This document shows, one piece after another, positions 1 to 14,504 of a stretch of DNA of 64,000 nucleotides. The first letter of the stretch is position 1, and every line of letters starts with the position of its first letter. A model generated the notes under the pieces. The model did no database searches, had not been told where the DNA came from, and worked only from the letters and a program-made list of their open reading frames with translations. Source of the DNA: Eledone cirrhosa (taxonomy: Eukaryota); contig OZ024743.1 of assembly GCA_964016885.1 (NCBI GenBank), positions 25,234,001-25,298,000 of the forward strand, given 5' to 3'. A program made the translations under genes and the position numbers.

Positions 1-1277
<1,277 letters not shown>

Positions 1278-2096
1278 AGAGACAGAGTAGCAGGAGGAGA
1301 CATGGTGGAAATCGTTTTGTGTGTGGCAAAAGGAACTGGTGCATGCTGAATTGATGTAGTGCTGTATTTCATGGATACTATACAATAACAATAGGCAACA
1401 ATAACTGCACCATTACTAACAATAACAGCAACAGCAGTAACAGCAATAGCTACGTCAAAAATAGAACTGAATAAAAATAATGGTTCGGAAAGTGCCAAGA
1501 CGTATTTCGGTCAACAAAATGTGCGGATGTTGTGACGAAGCCGAGTCGACCCGGCTAAACTTAGAAGCAAGTGTCAGTTGCTTGCTTACTGCATGGGTCG
1601 TGAGAATATGATAAAGAAAGAAGTAAGCCATTTAAAAGTGTTCTAAATCAATGTCTGACGAATGAATATGTATATATGTAGGTATGTTCGTAAGTATGTA
1701 TATATGTATCTCTGTGTGTGAATGTGTACGTATGTATGTACGTATTTCTGTATATATATGAATGTATGTGTGTGTATATTTGTACGTACGTGTGTATATG
1801 TGTGTGTTAGTATATATGTATTTGTTGGTGTAAGAATATATATGTATACATATATATATGAATGTGTTTAAATGCGTGCATACGTAGACACACACACACA
1901 CAGACATATATATATATATATATATGCATACAGAGAGAGAGAGAATGAGTGAAAGAGAGAAAGTATGTGATGATGAGAATAGGGAGACCACTAATCATAT
2001 CATCGGAGTATTCAACGCATTGGGAGATGCACATCGGCGCCAAGCGGTTGGGATTTTACATCTCTCTCTCCCTTTCTCTCTCGCTTTATAAATAAA

Positions 2097-2145
<49 letters not shown>

Positions 2146-3746
2146 AGAAATACATAAATAAATAACTGAGTAGATAGAAAATGTGAAAATTCGCTGTATA
2201 GATAGTTTCGAAGCTACCCGAATATATCTATTGCAGATACAATCATTTTCTCTTTAGTTCTCTCACGTCCATAACACCCAACTTTGTGCCTGTGGCTAAC
2301 TTTTTAAACGTCAGCAAAGCTGATGCTGTTTTTGTACCTCTAAAATCGACATTAATTCTTACTTTTGAAATAGTATTGATTAGATAGATGATAGTATTGT
2401 TTATTCATTAGATAGATGCTACATAATTGCAACTGATGACATCTGTCATACTTACTATGTATTTCTCAATAGCCCCTTAGACAAGCGCAAACTGTCTGCT
2501 ATTTACACCAAATGTCACCCAGAGGGTGTTTATGACAATAATCACGGGTTGCAGGTTGATTCCAGATACAATGGAATTAGCTATCAACTTGTTGATATTC
2601 CTGAGCTTAGCAATTCGTAGTCACTGGTAGGTACGTTGTTCATTGTTCCCCGCCACATTTGAGCACAGCTAACACTCAGAACAACCGTGGCTGAGGGATA
2701 TATTATTCATTAAGCAGTAATAATTCTGAAGTTTGGAAAATAACCTCTAAAAATATACATCATCAATATTGCAATGTTATTATCGCTTATACCCTTTTAT
2801 TTAATGAAAGCGTGGATATTCCAACAGCTGACTTGTCCAAAATGGTAGGGGTGTGTGCTCCTGTATATAACCCAAGCTCACCATACGGAGAGATGGGGAG
2901 GGCCAGAGAGATGGAGGCGATGACAGTGGGAGTTCGGCTGATCTTACTGGGTTCCTTGGACACTAGGTTGATGTACTAACTGAACTATATATACATACAC
3001 ACAGTCCGGTTTTCTGTCACTTCCGCAATAACTATACCAATATCAAGTGCAAATTCACAGTTTACTTTTGAGCCATACTGTAACAAAGTGAAAGATACTG
3101 AAACTACTTTATAAGCAATGAAGACATTTGTTGATTTATTGAGATAGTTATTTCCCAAGTTGATTGAAACTCTTAGTCATAATTTCGTCCCAGTTCCTGA
3201 TCAAATGGAAATCTTGACTGAACCACACAACAAGAACTTTAACTAACAGTAGTGACCAACGATGGCTGCTATAGATCTGTATCCAGAAGTATCGATTTTC
3301 AAGCCTACTAACTTGACTATGTTAATCTTTGGTTCTTAAGACCGCGTAGGCATTCATTTATTTGCGGATAGCCTAAATTTTTGATATTTCTCCTAAAATG
3401 ATGTTCACATTATGTTTCATCAATTTGCACAATATTTCTGTTTTAGGTGCAATAACTTACGCACAACTAAATACACACACAGGCACACTCACACTTACAT
3501 ACACACAAACACACTGACTCAAATATACAATTACATACTCGAGATCTTTCTGCTACTCGTACCGCTACGGTAATTGTTCAGTTTACATCTCTAACACCAA
3601 CACAGCTTGGCACAATTGTTGTCGCGTCAAATATTTTGTACAGCTAAGTGTCTTGCTCAAGTACAAAACGAGCCGTCTGATGCAAGAATCGAATGCACGA
3701 CCATACGATCGTCAGTCCAGAACCATAACCACTAAAATAATATATT

Positions 3747-3778
<32 letters not shown>

Positions 3779-4057
3779 CATATATATAAATATATATATA
3801 TATATATAAATGAAAATAGAGAAATTAATGTGAGCAAGAAGCCAACAGTATTTCATAATATGTAAGTGACTATAACGTCAACATGGAAAATATTTAACGT
3901 AAGATATGGGAAAATAATTCAAACTCAATTAAAAAAAAGTCAAGACAGAAATTTTATCCACAGATTTTGTAAAATCCATGGAAAAAACCAATAGAGTCTT
4001 AACTCAGAATAAAATTAAGGTTAAATACTTATCCTTCAATTTGGAAAAACTACAAAT

Positions 4058-4137
4058 GCTCTATATAGACTTAAAAAGACTATTTCACGAAACTTTTCAA
4101 TGGGTTAGTCACGGTTGGAGTCGTTCATCAGTAGAGC
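4058..4137 (-). ncRNA. Type-I hammerhead ribozyme motif (mirror copy, one stem III mismatch)
   Basis: Reverse complement reads GCTCTA-CTGATGA-ACGA...TCGT-GAAA-TAGTCTT TTT AAGTCTA-TA-TAGAGC. Confidence 0.8.
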
Positions 4138-4415
4138 TCAAATACGATAACCAAAAAGCCACTGCTAAAATATGCCAGAAAGGGAATTTAAAAGCAGGCT
4201 AGTACACCTCGTGTGGAAATATATATATATATTTTTTTTCTTTTCGGAATGTTTTGACTGCTGTTTCTTGTAAACAGTCATTCGTCTCATTCTGACGTCA
4301 CTAGCCCTGTTCTCCATGTGTGTCTATTATCTTAATTCCACACGAGGTGTAACTAGCATGCTTTTAAATTCCCTTTTGGCATATTTTAGCTATGGTTTTT
4401 TGGTTATCATGTTGA

Positions 4416-4496
4416 GCTCTACTGATGAACGACTCCAACCGTGACTAATCCCACTGAAAAGTTTCGTGAAATAGTCTTTTTAAGACTATATAGAGC
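4416..4496 (+). ncRNA. Type-I hammerhead ribozyme motif
   Basis: Stem I GCTCTA/TAGAGC, core CTGATGA (4422-4428), stem II ACGA/TCGT, GAAA (4468-4471), stem III TAGTCTT/AAGACTA, AUA cleavage triplet (cut predicted after 4490). Confidence 0.88.
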
Positions 4497-4742
4497 ATTT
4501 GTAGATTTTTCCAAATTGAAGTATAAGTATTTACCCTTAATTTTATTCTGAGTTAAGACTCTATTGGTTTTTTCCCTGGACTACACAAAATCTGTGGATA
4601 AAATTTCTGTCTTGACTTTTTTTGAATTGAGATTGAATTATTTTCCCATATCTTACGTTAAATATTTTCCATCTTGACGTTATAGTCACTTATATGTCTG
4701 AATTACTGTTGGCTTCTTGCTCACATTAATTTCTCTATTTTC

Positions 4743-4786
<44 letters not shown>

Positions 4787-4802
4787 GAAAATAGAGAAAT
4801 TA

Positions 4803-4874
<72 letters not shown>

Positions 4875-5047
4875 TTAGTGGTTATGGTTCTGGACTGACG
4901 ATCGTATGGTCGTGCATTCGATTCTTGCATCAGACGGCTCGTTTTGTACTTGAGCAAGACACTTAGCTGTACAAAATATTTGACACGACAACAATTGTGC
5001 CAAGCTGTGTTGGTGTTAGAGATGTAAACTGAACAATTACCGTATAT

Positions 5048-5123
<76 letters not shown>

Positions 5124-5304
5124 ATATAGAAATGGCTTCTACAGGACTAGAACTGTTTCTTTCGAAGGAAATCATGAGGAAAGCCCTTGATTTCTTTTGA
5201 CTGAAACAGTTCTAGTCCTGTAGAAGCCATTTCCATATTAAATATTTATACACTACTATGTATTGAGTACCTTAATTACTGTGGTTACCCCCGATTGAAC
5301 CCGC

Positions 5305-5306
<2 letters not shown>
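5124..5306 (+). mobile_element. Hairpin-type PLE-like terminal fragment in microsatellite
   Basis: Arms 5124-5159 and 5203-5238 are inverted. Contains GAAACAG...CTGTA (3' half of a hammerhead) and TTGAGTAC. Related sequence at 10050-10130 and 19350-19460. Confidence 0.6.
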
Positions 5307-5380
<74 letters not shown>

Positions 5381-5384
5381 GACA

Positions 5385-5532
<148 letters not shown>

Positions 5533-5959
5533 TATATAATAGGCGGGTGTGTTAGTGTGTGTGAGTGAGTGTGTTTATGTGTGTATGTGCATGTGAATGT
5601 GTAGATGTATAGTTTTGTGTATAAGTTCATGTATATATACATTTATGAATAGATACATGTATGTAGAAATATATTAAGTTATCAAAGAGAGGGAGAAAAA
5701 TAAACACCCGTCAGAAACATAAGAGAAATGAAATGAAGAAAGAGAGAGAGTGTAAAATTCGATTACCCATAGACGTTATTAGAGAGAGTGGGAGAGCGAG
5801 AGGGGGGAGAGGAGGGAGAGGAGATGGATGGAGAAAAGTAAGATTAAGGTTTAAGGGAGGGAATGGGAATAATGAATAAATTGTTTGTATTAACAAATTT
5901 ATAATTGATCGCTAAGAAAATACTCATCCAATAATAAGAGTGGTTGTCAGCAAATCAAT

Positions 5960-6240
5960 GACCTCACACACCACCAACACCACCAGCACTACCAACACCA
6001 CCGCCGCCACCACCACCACCACCAGCACTACCAACACCACCGCCGCCACCAACACCAACACCAACACCACCACCACCATCATCACCACCACCCACCACCA
6101 ACACCACCACCACCACCAACACCACCACCATAACTGTCAATAATATAACTATCACCCCCACCAACATAACGATCACCACCACCACCACGACCCCCCCTCA
6201 CCACGACCCACCCCACCACCAATATAACTATCACCACCAC
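5960..6240. repeat. (ACC)n-rich trinucleotide repeat
   Basis: Read directly. Confidence 0.9.
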
Positions 6241-6604
6241 AATAACAAGAATTATTCGCCGTTCTTCTTAATCAGTTTCTATACTCACCTTTTGTTATAG
6301 TGTTACTGCTGAGTACTTAATTAAAACGATATATTAACAACAGAAGCTTTACAATCAATAACAAACTAACAACAATAGCAACCATCTCTCTTAAGATCAG
6401 CATCAGTATCACAACCAGCACCAACAGCAGCAGCAGGAACAAAAGCAACTACTGTACTAATAACAAAAACAACGACATCAACAATACAACAACAATAATA
6501 ACAACAATGATAACAACAACAATAACAAATGCGATAACAAGCGAATAAAAAACATTTACACAGCTTATCAACGGTCTTCTTTATTCTATGTAAAAATGTT
6601 AGCA

Positions 6605-6692
<88 letters not shown>

Positions 6693-6802
6693 ATATCTGA
6701 TTTATCAGTAGTAGTAGTACAAATGGTTGTGGTGTTCGTGGAGGTAATGTCGGTGGTAGTAGAATTATAAGTAGTAGTAGTAGTAGTAATGATATCTGAT
6801 TT

Positions 6803-7140
6803 AGGTACAAGGCAAAAATCTTTTGTGAGGTAGGGGGAGTCGATTAAATCGATCCCAGTGCATTACTGGTGCTTTATTTATCGACGACATAAGGATGAAA
6901 GGCAAAGCTATCCTCCACGGATTCGAACTCAGAGCACAAAGGGACGTAACTCTATGCTATAAAGCAGATTGTAATAATAGTAATAATAATTGTTTCTACT
7001 TTTGGCACAAGGCCAGCAATTATCTCAGTGTATTACTGGTACTTTATTTTATCGACTCAGTAAGGATGAAAGGCAAAGTTAACATTGGCGGGATTTGAAC
7101 TCAGTCCGACCTTCTACCGATACTGCCAATCCACCGCCCT
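6803..7140 (-). mobile_element. Two tandem copies of the tRNA-derived SINE
   Basis: Reverse complement of the consensus GAGTTCAAATCC (B box) ...TTTGCCTTTCATCCTTACGGGGTCGATAAAATAAAGTACCAGT...GCTGGCCTTGTGCC. Confidence 0.85.
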
Positions 7141-7289
7141 TTTCTTTATTGGCTATAAGGACCAATAAATAGGAGACAACACTTCCGCGCTGTAGATTGT
7201 ATCTTCAACCGGCAGTGACACTCCGGTATCACTGCCAAGCCAAGGATTTCAAGAAGCTGTTCCCGCCTCAAAATTCTCCGGAATAGGCA

Positions 7290-7746
7290 ATTCAGTTTGA
7301 TCCAACTGAATTTTCGAACGGTCTTGAACTAGCAGGAATTACTCTATACAACCTGATACAGAAGCTTAGAACATCGGTTATGCTACTTCGTAATCTGGAT
7401 CCTCCAAAACTTTGCAACAGGACAAGACTCATTATCAAAAATATGATGCCCAATGTCTTAGAAGTCGCAGTCCTGTCAGGAAAATTAGCTGGCGACAATT
7501 GTTTTATTCCCAGAATACTTCTGAAGCCAGCTGATTTGCCCTTAGAATTTTAAAAACTTCACTTTCCTATCAGAGTTAGTTTTGCAAATCGTTGGGTTGA
7601 ACCTGGCAGATCATGTCATTTTACATGATCAGCTCTATGTTGGTAATACAAGGGCTGATAACCCTGACTGTGTCTTTATTTTAGCACCACAGGGCAAAAC
7701 AAAGAATGTTGTTTATCGAGAGTTTTTGGAAAGAGCAATATCGTAA
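7290..7746 (+). pseudogene. Helitron PIF1-family helicase C-terminal remnant
   Basis: Translates PTEFSNGLEL...VMLLRNLDPPKLCNRTRL...FIPRILLKPADLPLEF*KLHFPIRVSFA, then after a deletion/frameshift VGLNL..HDQLYV...GKTKNVVYREFL, matching Helitron RepHel C-terminal motifs. Has a stop and lacks the MTINKSQG motif. Confidence 0.9.
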
Positions 7747-8227
7747 TACCTACACACAGATCCTAATTCCTGAGTCATATAGTTTGTAGGAATTCTGAAG
7801 TCTAAATTTCTGTGCATAGTGTTACTTCAGGAGAACGTGTAAGGCATTTATGGGTACACCTGCTCCATAAATTAGTATAAGTGAGATCTTTGTGTTGCAA
7901 CTAGCTAGACCTGTTAGAAAGAACAAAATCCAAATGTATTTTTTGTCATACTCTGTTCACTGACAAAATACCTAATAATTCATCTATAGGTAAAGCATTA
8001 TATAAGCTGACTGTAAAAGGGAGTTGTATTCAAAAGAACACCACTGGACAATATTAATATTTTTATTTAGATGATTTGCTTTAAACAAGTGACAATGAAT
8101 ATTCTGCTATTCCTACTTTAGTTATTATACAGAAATCATATTTCATTGGTCAAATGTTTTGTAATATACGCCAAAATATATTGTTACTTTCATGAAATAG
8201 CCGGACATTGCCGGGTACTTCTGCTAG
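7290..8227 (+). mobile_element. Helitron 3' portion
   Basis: Helicase remnant followed by hairpin CCGG-ACATTG-CCGG (8201-8214) and terminal CTAG (8224-8227) before T. Confidence 0.85.
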
Positions 8228-8410
8228 TTAGCACATAATAACGAATGTAAATAGACAAGCGAATGATTTAAAGAGAAACAAGGAACGGCACAACGTAATT
8301 GGTTTGAAGAATACTAACGAGGTGGAAAATTAGAGGTGTGTATCAAAGTGACGTGATGACAGCGAAGCTACACGACACGACACTAGATACATGTACACAC
8401 ATGTGAATAC

Positions 8411-8497
<87 letters not shown>

Positions 8498-8507
8498 ACA
8501 CACACAT

Positions 8508-8561
<54 letters not shown>

Positions 8562-8867
8562 TCAGAGTATATTATATATATATATATATATATTCAGAGT
8601 AAGAGAGAGAATACACACGCAATTATATAAACATGCATATACATACACTCACGCACACACATCTGTTTGTGTGTGTGAGGGGGGTGTATGTGTGTATATG
8701 TGTATGTGTGTGTGTATGACCACATCCCACGAGGCATTTTGTATAACACTCTTATTCCCTAATGGACACGTACTTTTTATCGATCCCTGAAAGATTATAT
8801 GCAGAGTTGATCTCAACCACGAGACATCTTGTCCAACGGTTTAACGATTCTACCTTGACACTATATT

Positions 8868-9085
8868 GTGGATTGGCAGTATCGGTAGAGGGTCGGACGC
8901 CATGCTTCGCAGCATAGAGTTACGGCCCTTAAGAATGCTTGAGGTATTCGTTCCAGCTTTCTGGTCTCTGAATTCAAATTCCGATGGGGTTAACTTTGCC
9001 TTTCATCCTTACGAGGCCGATAAAATAAAGCACCAGTAATGCACTGGGGTAATTGCTGACCTTGTGCCAAAAGTAGAAACAATTA
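8868..9085 (+). mobile_element. tRNA-derived SINE
   Basis: TGGCAGTATCGGTAGAG head (A-box-like), B box, conserved central domain, GTAGAAACAATTA tail. Confidence 0.85.
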
Positions 9086-9446
9086 TTAGACACTAAATGA
9101 GTGAACATAAGAGTTTCTATGTGGTCGCATCTTCTTCTTCGGCGAGGGGTTAATGTGTTGATTAACATAAGATAAATACATCAAACCCGATTTACTGAAA
9201 TCAGTTCTACAGAGATGAAAGACAAAACTGAAATTCCATCTCGGGAGGGTTTTAACTCATACAATAAAAGGAAGTAACAAAACATGTTCCTGCTGTTTCA
9301 CTTCGGGCCAGCCGTTCTTCTGCAGGCCTAGGATTTATACTGTTTAATTCATGACAATCCTGTTGTCTTGTTTAAGGTGTATTGTATGGAAGACTACATA
9401 AGTTAATGTATCATCTTTTTTTTGAAGAAGGTAGGATCAGTTTTAA

Positions 9447-9666
9447 TCCTTTAGCATTTAAACCGGCTATATCCGGCCAGAATTCTCTCACCTCTTTCTG
9501 TTCATACTGGCCATAACTGGCCACTCATACTGATATTAAGGTATTGTTCTCAAAATAAATAATATCAAAATCTCATAGATTCGATATTATGTGAGATACT
9601 ATGTGAGGCAAAGACGTTACCGTGAAAATACAATAGTATATATAGAATAATGTAAATGGTAAAGGG
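9447..9666. mobile_element. piggyBac-like MITE with TTAA target sites
   Basis: TTAA|TCCTTTAGCATTTA ... TAAATGGTAAAGGG|TTAA imperfect terminal inverted repeats. Confidence 0.7.
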
Positions 9667-10001
9667 TTAAGGCGGCTAATAGGTAGGTAGAATATTTCGC
9701 AGTCTTCGATCTAGCCCTCTGTACATTAAGTCCCACCAAAGTCAATTTTGCTTTCATTCTTTCAGAGTCGATAAATATATTATCTGTCCAGTAATAAGTT
9801 TGACTCTCTTTCTCCTTACCAATCCTCTCTCTGGAAGAAACAGGTTGTTTTTAGATCCGAAGAGGGAAAGGCTCCCTTAAAAGTCAATCAGTTACTTGGG
9901 GGATCGTGGTATAAGATTTTAGAAAAAATAGTTATTTCTAATAGGATTTGGGAGCACTTATTTGATGATGATAGCAACAATAACATGAACGACTACTTAT
10001 A

Positions 10002-10041
<40 letters not shown>

Positions 10042-10049
10042 TAAGTTAT

Positions 10050-10130
10050 TCCGGGTTGAATCGGAGGTAACCACAATAAGTAAGGTACTCAATACATAGC
10101 AGAATGAAACAGTTCTAGTCCTGTAGAACG
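10050..10130 (-). mobile_element. PLE-like terminal fragment (same family as 5124-5306)
   Basis: Reverse complement of 5256-5303, plus an inverted GAAACAGTTCTAGTCCTGTAGAA segment, between (TA)n tracts. Confidence 0.6.
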
Positions 10131-10157
10131 ATATATATGTATATATATATGTATATA

Positions 10158-10229
<72 letters not shown>

Positions 10230-10322
10230 TATATAGGTGTGTGTGTGTGTGTGTGTGTGTGTTTGTGTGCGTGTGTGTTTATGTGTGTCTATATATACAT
10301 ATGTGTGTATATATAAATTTAA

Positions 10323-10393
<71 letters not shown>

Positions 10394-11189
10394 TTATGTG
10401 TTTGCTCTTGGGTGTTTGTCTGTTTGTTTGCATGTGTTATAAAATAGTGACAATTTGATATTGTATAGGGGATTCAATTGCTAACACTAGAGAGCAGGCA
10501 GCGGACACGGCCTTCATGTTAATAGTGTAATCTGTTAATTGGGTGGTAATCAATCAATCTCATGAAACTATACCGCCCCTAACAGCAGTAGTAGTAGCCG
10601 TAGCAACAATAACAACAACTAGTACAACAACAAGAAATACAAACATGAATAACGACAATAACAGCAGCAACAATAAAACAGAAAATTATTAGGACAATGT
10701 AGCGCTTTGAAAAACCACAAAGGATCCTGAGCGGTGAGCCAACAAGAGTCTTTACGTGATTACTTGATCTATTTGAAACAGCAGCCTAACTTCTCATAAA
10801 TCGTACATAGAATGAAGACATGTCATGGCTGGGATATTTTAATGATATTTATTTTCAACTAGGGCTGACTTAATCAACAACAATAATGAGGATTGCAGTT
10901 ACACTTGATTTGCTAGAAATAGCAGGTACATTTCTTTCTAGCCACAGCCTCCTTTAAAAATAAAAAAAAAAATAAGACACGATAGATAATGGGATCTTCC
11001 TGCATTGGAAGAATGTGATGGTCAATGCTGGAATGACTTTGACCATTTGTGTGCTCAATCTGAGTTATTATGTTACTGAACAAAAACAACAGCAACAGAA
11101 ATCAACTTGAGCAATACTAGTGGCACTATATCAATACTAGCAATGAAGTGCATTAATAGAATTGCTTTGTGGGATTTAGGTATATCTCA

Positions 11190-11720
11190 TAACATTCAAT
11201 ATTCAAATCCCGCCAGTGTTGGCTTTACTGCTATTCTTCTGGAAGTTGATAAAATATACACTAGTCAATTACTAGCATAGATTTAATTGTCTATACATTC
11301 CATTCAAATGCTACCATTGTACCCAAATTACAAACAATCGTTAAAGCCTCAGATATAATGCTTTGCGTTATTTGTTCTGTCGAATTACATTCTGAATTCA
11401 AATCCCGCTGAAGTCATCTGTGTGTCTCATCCTTCCGAAATAAAGTACTAGTCAAATACTGGGACGATGTTATCGAGTTTTACCTCTCCACGAAATTAGT
11501 GGCCTTTTGCCTAAATTAGAAACCATTTATGGCGATTCATTAGAACCTCAGATAGAATACTTTACAATATTCGTTCTTCCATCTGTACTCTGAGTTCAAA
11601 TCGCTCCAACTTTGCCTCTCATACTTCCGCGGTTTAGAAAATAAAGTACCTATTGGCCTTTTGCCTATGCTAGAAAGAATCATTTTTGTTTATATGTTCT
11701 GAATTCAAATCCCACCGAGG
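11190..11720 (+). mobile_element. Cluster of old, degenerate SINE copies
   Basis: Repeated TTCAAATCCC...AAATAAAGTAC...GGCCTTTTGCCTA fragments. Confidence 0.6.
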
Positions 11721-13259
11721 TCTTGGGACCAAACCGCCAAGTGAATAAAATTTAGAAAAGATTCATGATTAGAGAGGATAATTTATTTAGAAGCGGTTGT
11801 GGTTGAGAGGAAGCTCTGTCTTAAATGTCGACTGGGAGTACTACCCCCTGGCCATCATACCTTGTCACAGGAATTATCTGATAAGACAGTATGTATTTCT
11901 TTTCAATTCTTGAGGAAAGGATAGTTTCTACTTGTCAGGAGATTCATATATTGCCAACGCTCACTACAAAGCGGGATAGGAATGTTAAGGCCCATGGAAA
12001 ACTGGTAGTTTTCCCTGTCTAATTACCATGGCAAAGAAAGTTGTACAGCGGACGGAATTGAAAGGTTTGCCGTCCAAGCACTTTTTCTCAGGCCAAGACA
12101 GCATCAAATTCTTCAATTTGAAGATGCTGGTTTCCATTATATTTGATGAAAGCTGAGTGCCCAGAAGGGCTCACATTAACTGTGTGGTTGTAGATTGGCG
12201 GCAGAAATGGGCCAAAGGTGTACCAAATCTATCCGGAATTATGTGTGGAGTGACCAGAATTCTCCTATGTCTTTCTTTTGTTTTGTGGGACCTTATTCAG
12301 AGTAATTGTCCTATTCTATACTGCTATCGCTATTTCTTATCTATATATCCTATATTGTTATCTATATATCACTGTACGTATTGCACACAACTGATTTTGT
12401 TGTTTTCTTTTGTATTTCACCTTCGTGTTGTCCTCAATATTTTGAGCCATTCTGGTCAATAAAAATAATTATTTATAGTGTAGTAGATCGAAAAGATCTG
12501 ACGGGTGTCGGACTGAATGCCACGCTGTATTTGGTTGCATTTCTGTAGTGTTACTGTTCAATCATCAGTTTCGATAATGTAAGAATTCTAGAATCCCTCA
12601 TAGATAGTATTGCTATCACTTCTCCCTCCTTAGTATTAACCTCATTCTCGTTAACAACTTCTCGTTTTCGCCAAGCACTACTATCATCATAATAATCATG
12701 AATTGCACTGTTAATGGCGCCTGCAGTAATAAGGAAGAAACCGGAGGGGGTGTACGTGACACAAAATGGCGACAAGTTGTTTTTTCATTGTTCAGAGTTA
12801 GACATTCGAGGAAGATATAACCAATCTAAACCAAAGTGAAAAAAAGAAAGACTTGACAACAAATATAAGAAATCATACTCGCGCCTATACAAGTCAATTT
12901 ATTTTAAGAATAAACAGATAATGAAGAGAAACTGCTAAGTCTTAAATACATACATTCATACACACACATACACACAATTATACACACACACACACACGCG
13001 CACGCACACAATTATACACACACACACACGCACACATATATATATGTGTGTGTAGTGGGAGATAGAGAGGCAGGAAAATGAAATACTCATTGATAAAAAG
13101 ATGTTGACATTATTATTAAAGTATTTTATTTCATATATAGAACTTCATACATTGCTATCTATCAGGGTTCTCTTTCTCGTTTTTTGTACTGCATATATTT
13201 ATGTTTGTGTCCTCGTGTACAAACATAAATACAAACATTTAATTGATATATGCACGTGT

Positions 13260-13316
<57 letters not shown>

Positions 13317-14467
13317 GACTGACACATGAAATTTTATATATATTTACAGTAATACAAACACACACTCACACTCACATACACATACACACACACATAAAAC
13401 ACACACACAGACAGACACACACATACATATATATTGTTTTGGAGTATTAATGTTAATTTTAATTTTTTTTCTACGTATGTCGACAGTAGAAATGTAATTT
13501 GAGATGGTATGGATGTGGCCTCCTTTTAAAGGACAATGTAAACGCATAATTCCGCGCATATATACGCGTGCACACGTGGATGTACCATCACACAGATTCA
13601 TACACACAGACGCATGTGTACACTCACATACGCAAGCATGAAACGTGAATCTCAACTGAAAAACCGCAGCAGAGGAAGTGGCATACAATCTTCTTATACA
13701 AGGAGGAAAACGATAGCATCAGAGATATCATGGCGATCATCATTTCCACCACCAACATCCTCTCCCTTACAAACATGTATGCCATCAACAAAATCATCAA
13801 AATTATCACCATCGCCACCACCATAATGGATACAACCACTATCATTAACACCACTATAACCACCACCATCGATAGAGCCGCTGTCATCAACATCACCATC
13901 CCCACATCATATTCAACACCATCACCATCAACACCACTTGCCAAAGAGAGGGCATCCATGACCACCATCACCATCAACATCACCATCACCACCACCATCG
14001 ATAGAGCCGCTGTCATCAACATCACCGTCCCCAGCCCCACATCATCTTCAACACCACCCTACCAACACCACTAGCCAAAGAGAGGGCATCAATGTCGTCA
14101 CCTGAGATGTTTAAAATATCTGCCGGTCCCCTTCAAATCACACTCCAGTGTTTTAAATGTACAAAAGTTGGATATTGTGACACTGAGCTTCTTCACAAGA
14201 AAAGGACGGGCTGGTCCTCAGTTGAGAATATCTTCAGCTTTAGGTCTTTCTGACCACGACTAACCTGGGGCTAAATAACATCTTCATCATCATTATTATC
14301 TTCATCGTCTTAGTCACCATAGTCACCGTCACCACAAACGGCATCATCAATATCATCACCTCTACTCCCGTCATCACCGCTACCACTACCATCATCACAA
14401 CTCTATTGCCATCACTATTAACATAGTCACCGATATCACCATCACCAGCCTCACCATCCTTCTTATT

Positions 14468-14504
<37 letters not shown>

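Larger units (their letters stand above)
3566..5044. repeat. Nested ~1.5-kb inverted repeat (fold-back) interrupted by (TA)n
   Basis: Outer arms 3566-3741 and 4870-5044 are nearly identical reverse complements (the same [14 protein letters not shown] appears on both strands). Inner arms 3808-4218 and 4336-4746 are more diverged. Spacer is about 115 bp. Confidence 0.95.

Noticed and set aside
1530-1565. Possible hammerhead TGACGA-AGCCG...CGGC-TAAAC
   Set aside because: Both core boxes are mutated and there is no convincing stem I or III.
2410-3330. Possible exon or LINE RT remnant
   Set aside because: Short frames with stops and only a vague RT-like resemblance near 3260-3335; cannot assign.
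8868-9085. tRNA genes at SINE heads
   Set aside because: A/B-box-like motifs only, no cloverleaf, and always joined to the SINE body.
11900-12310. Possible decayed transposase fragment
   Set aside because: No recognisable motif in any frame by eye.
12740-12775. YY1-like AAAATGGCG motifs (also about 14852 and 32650)
   Set aside because: Isolated short motifs with no supporting gene structure.
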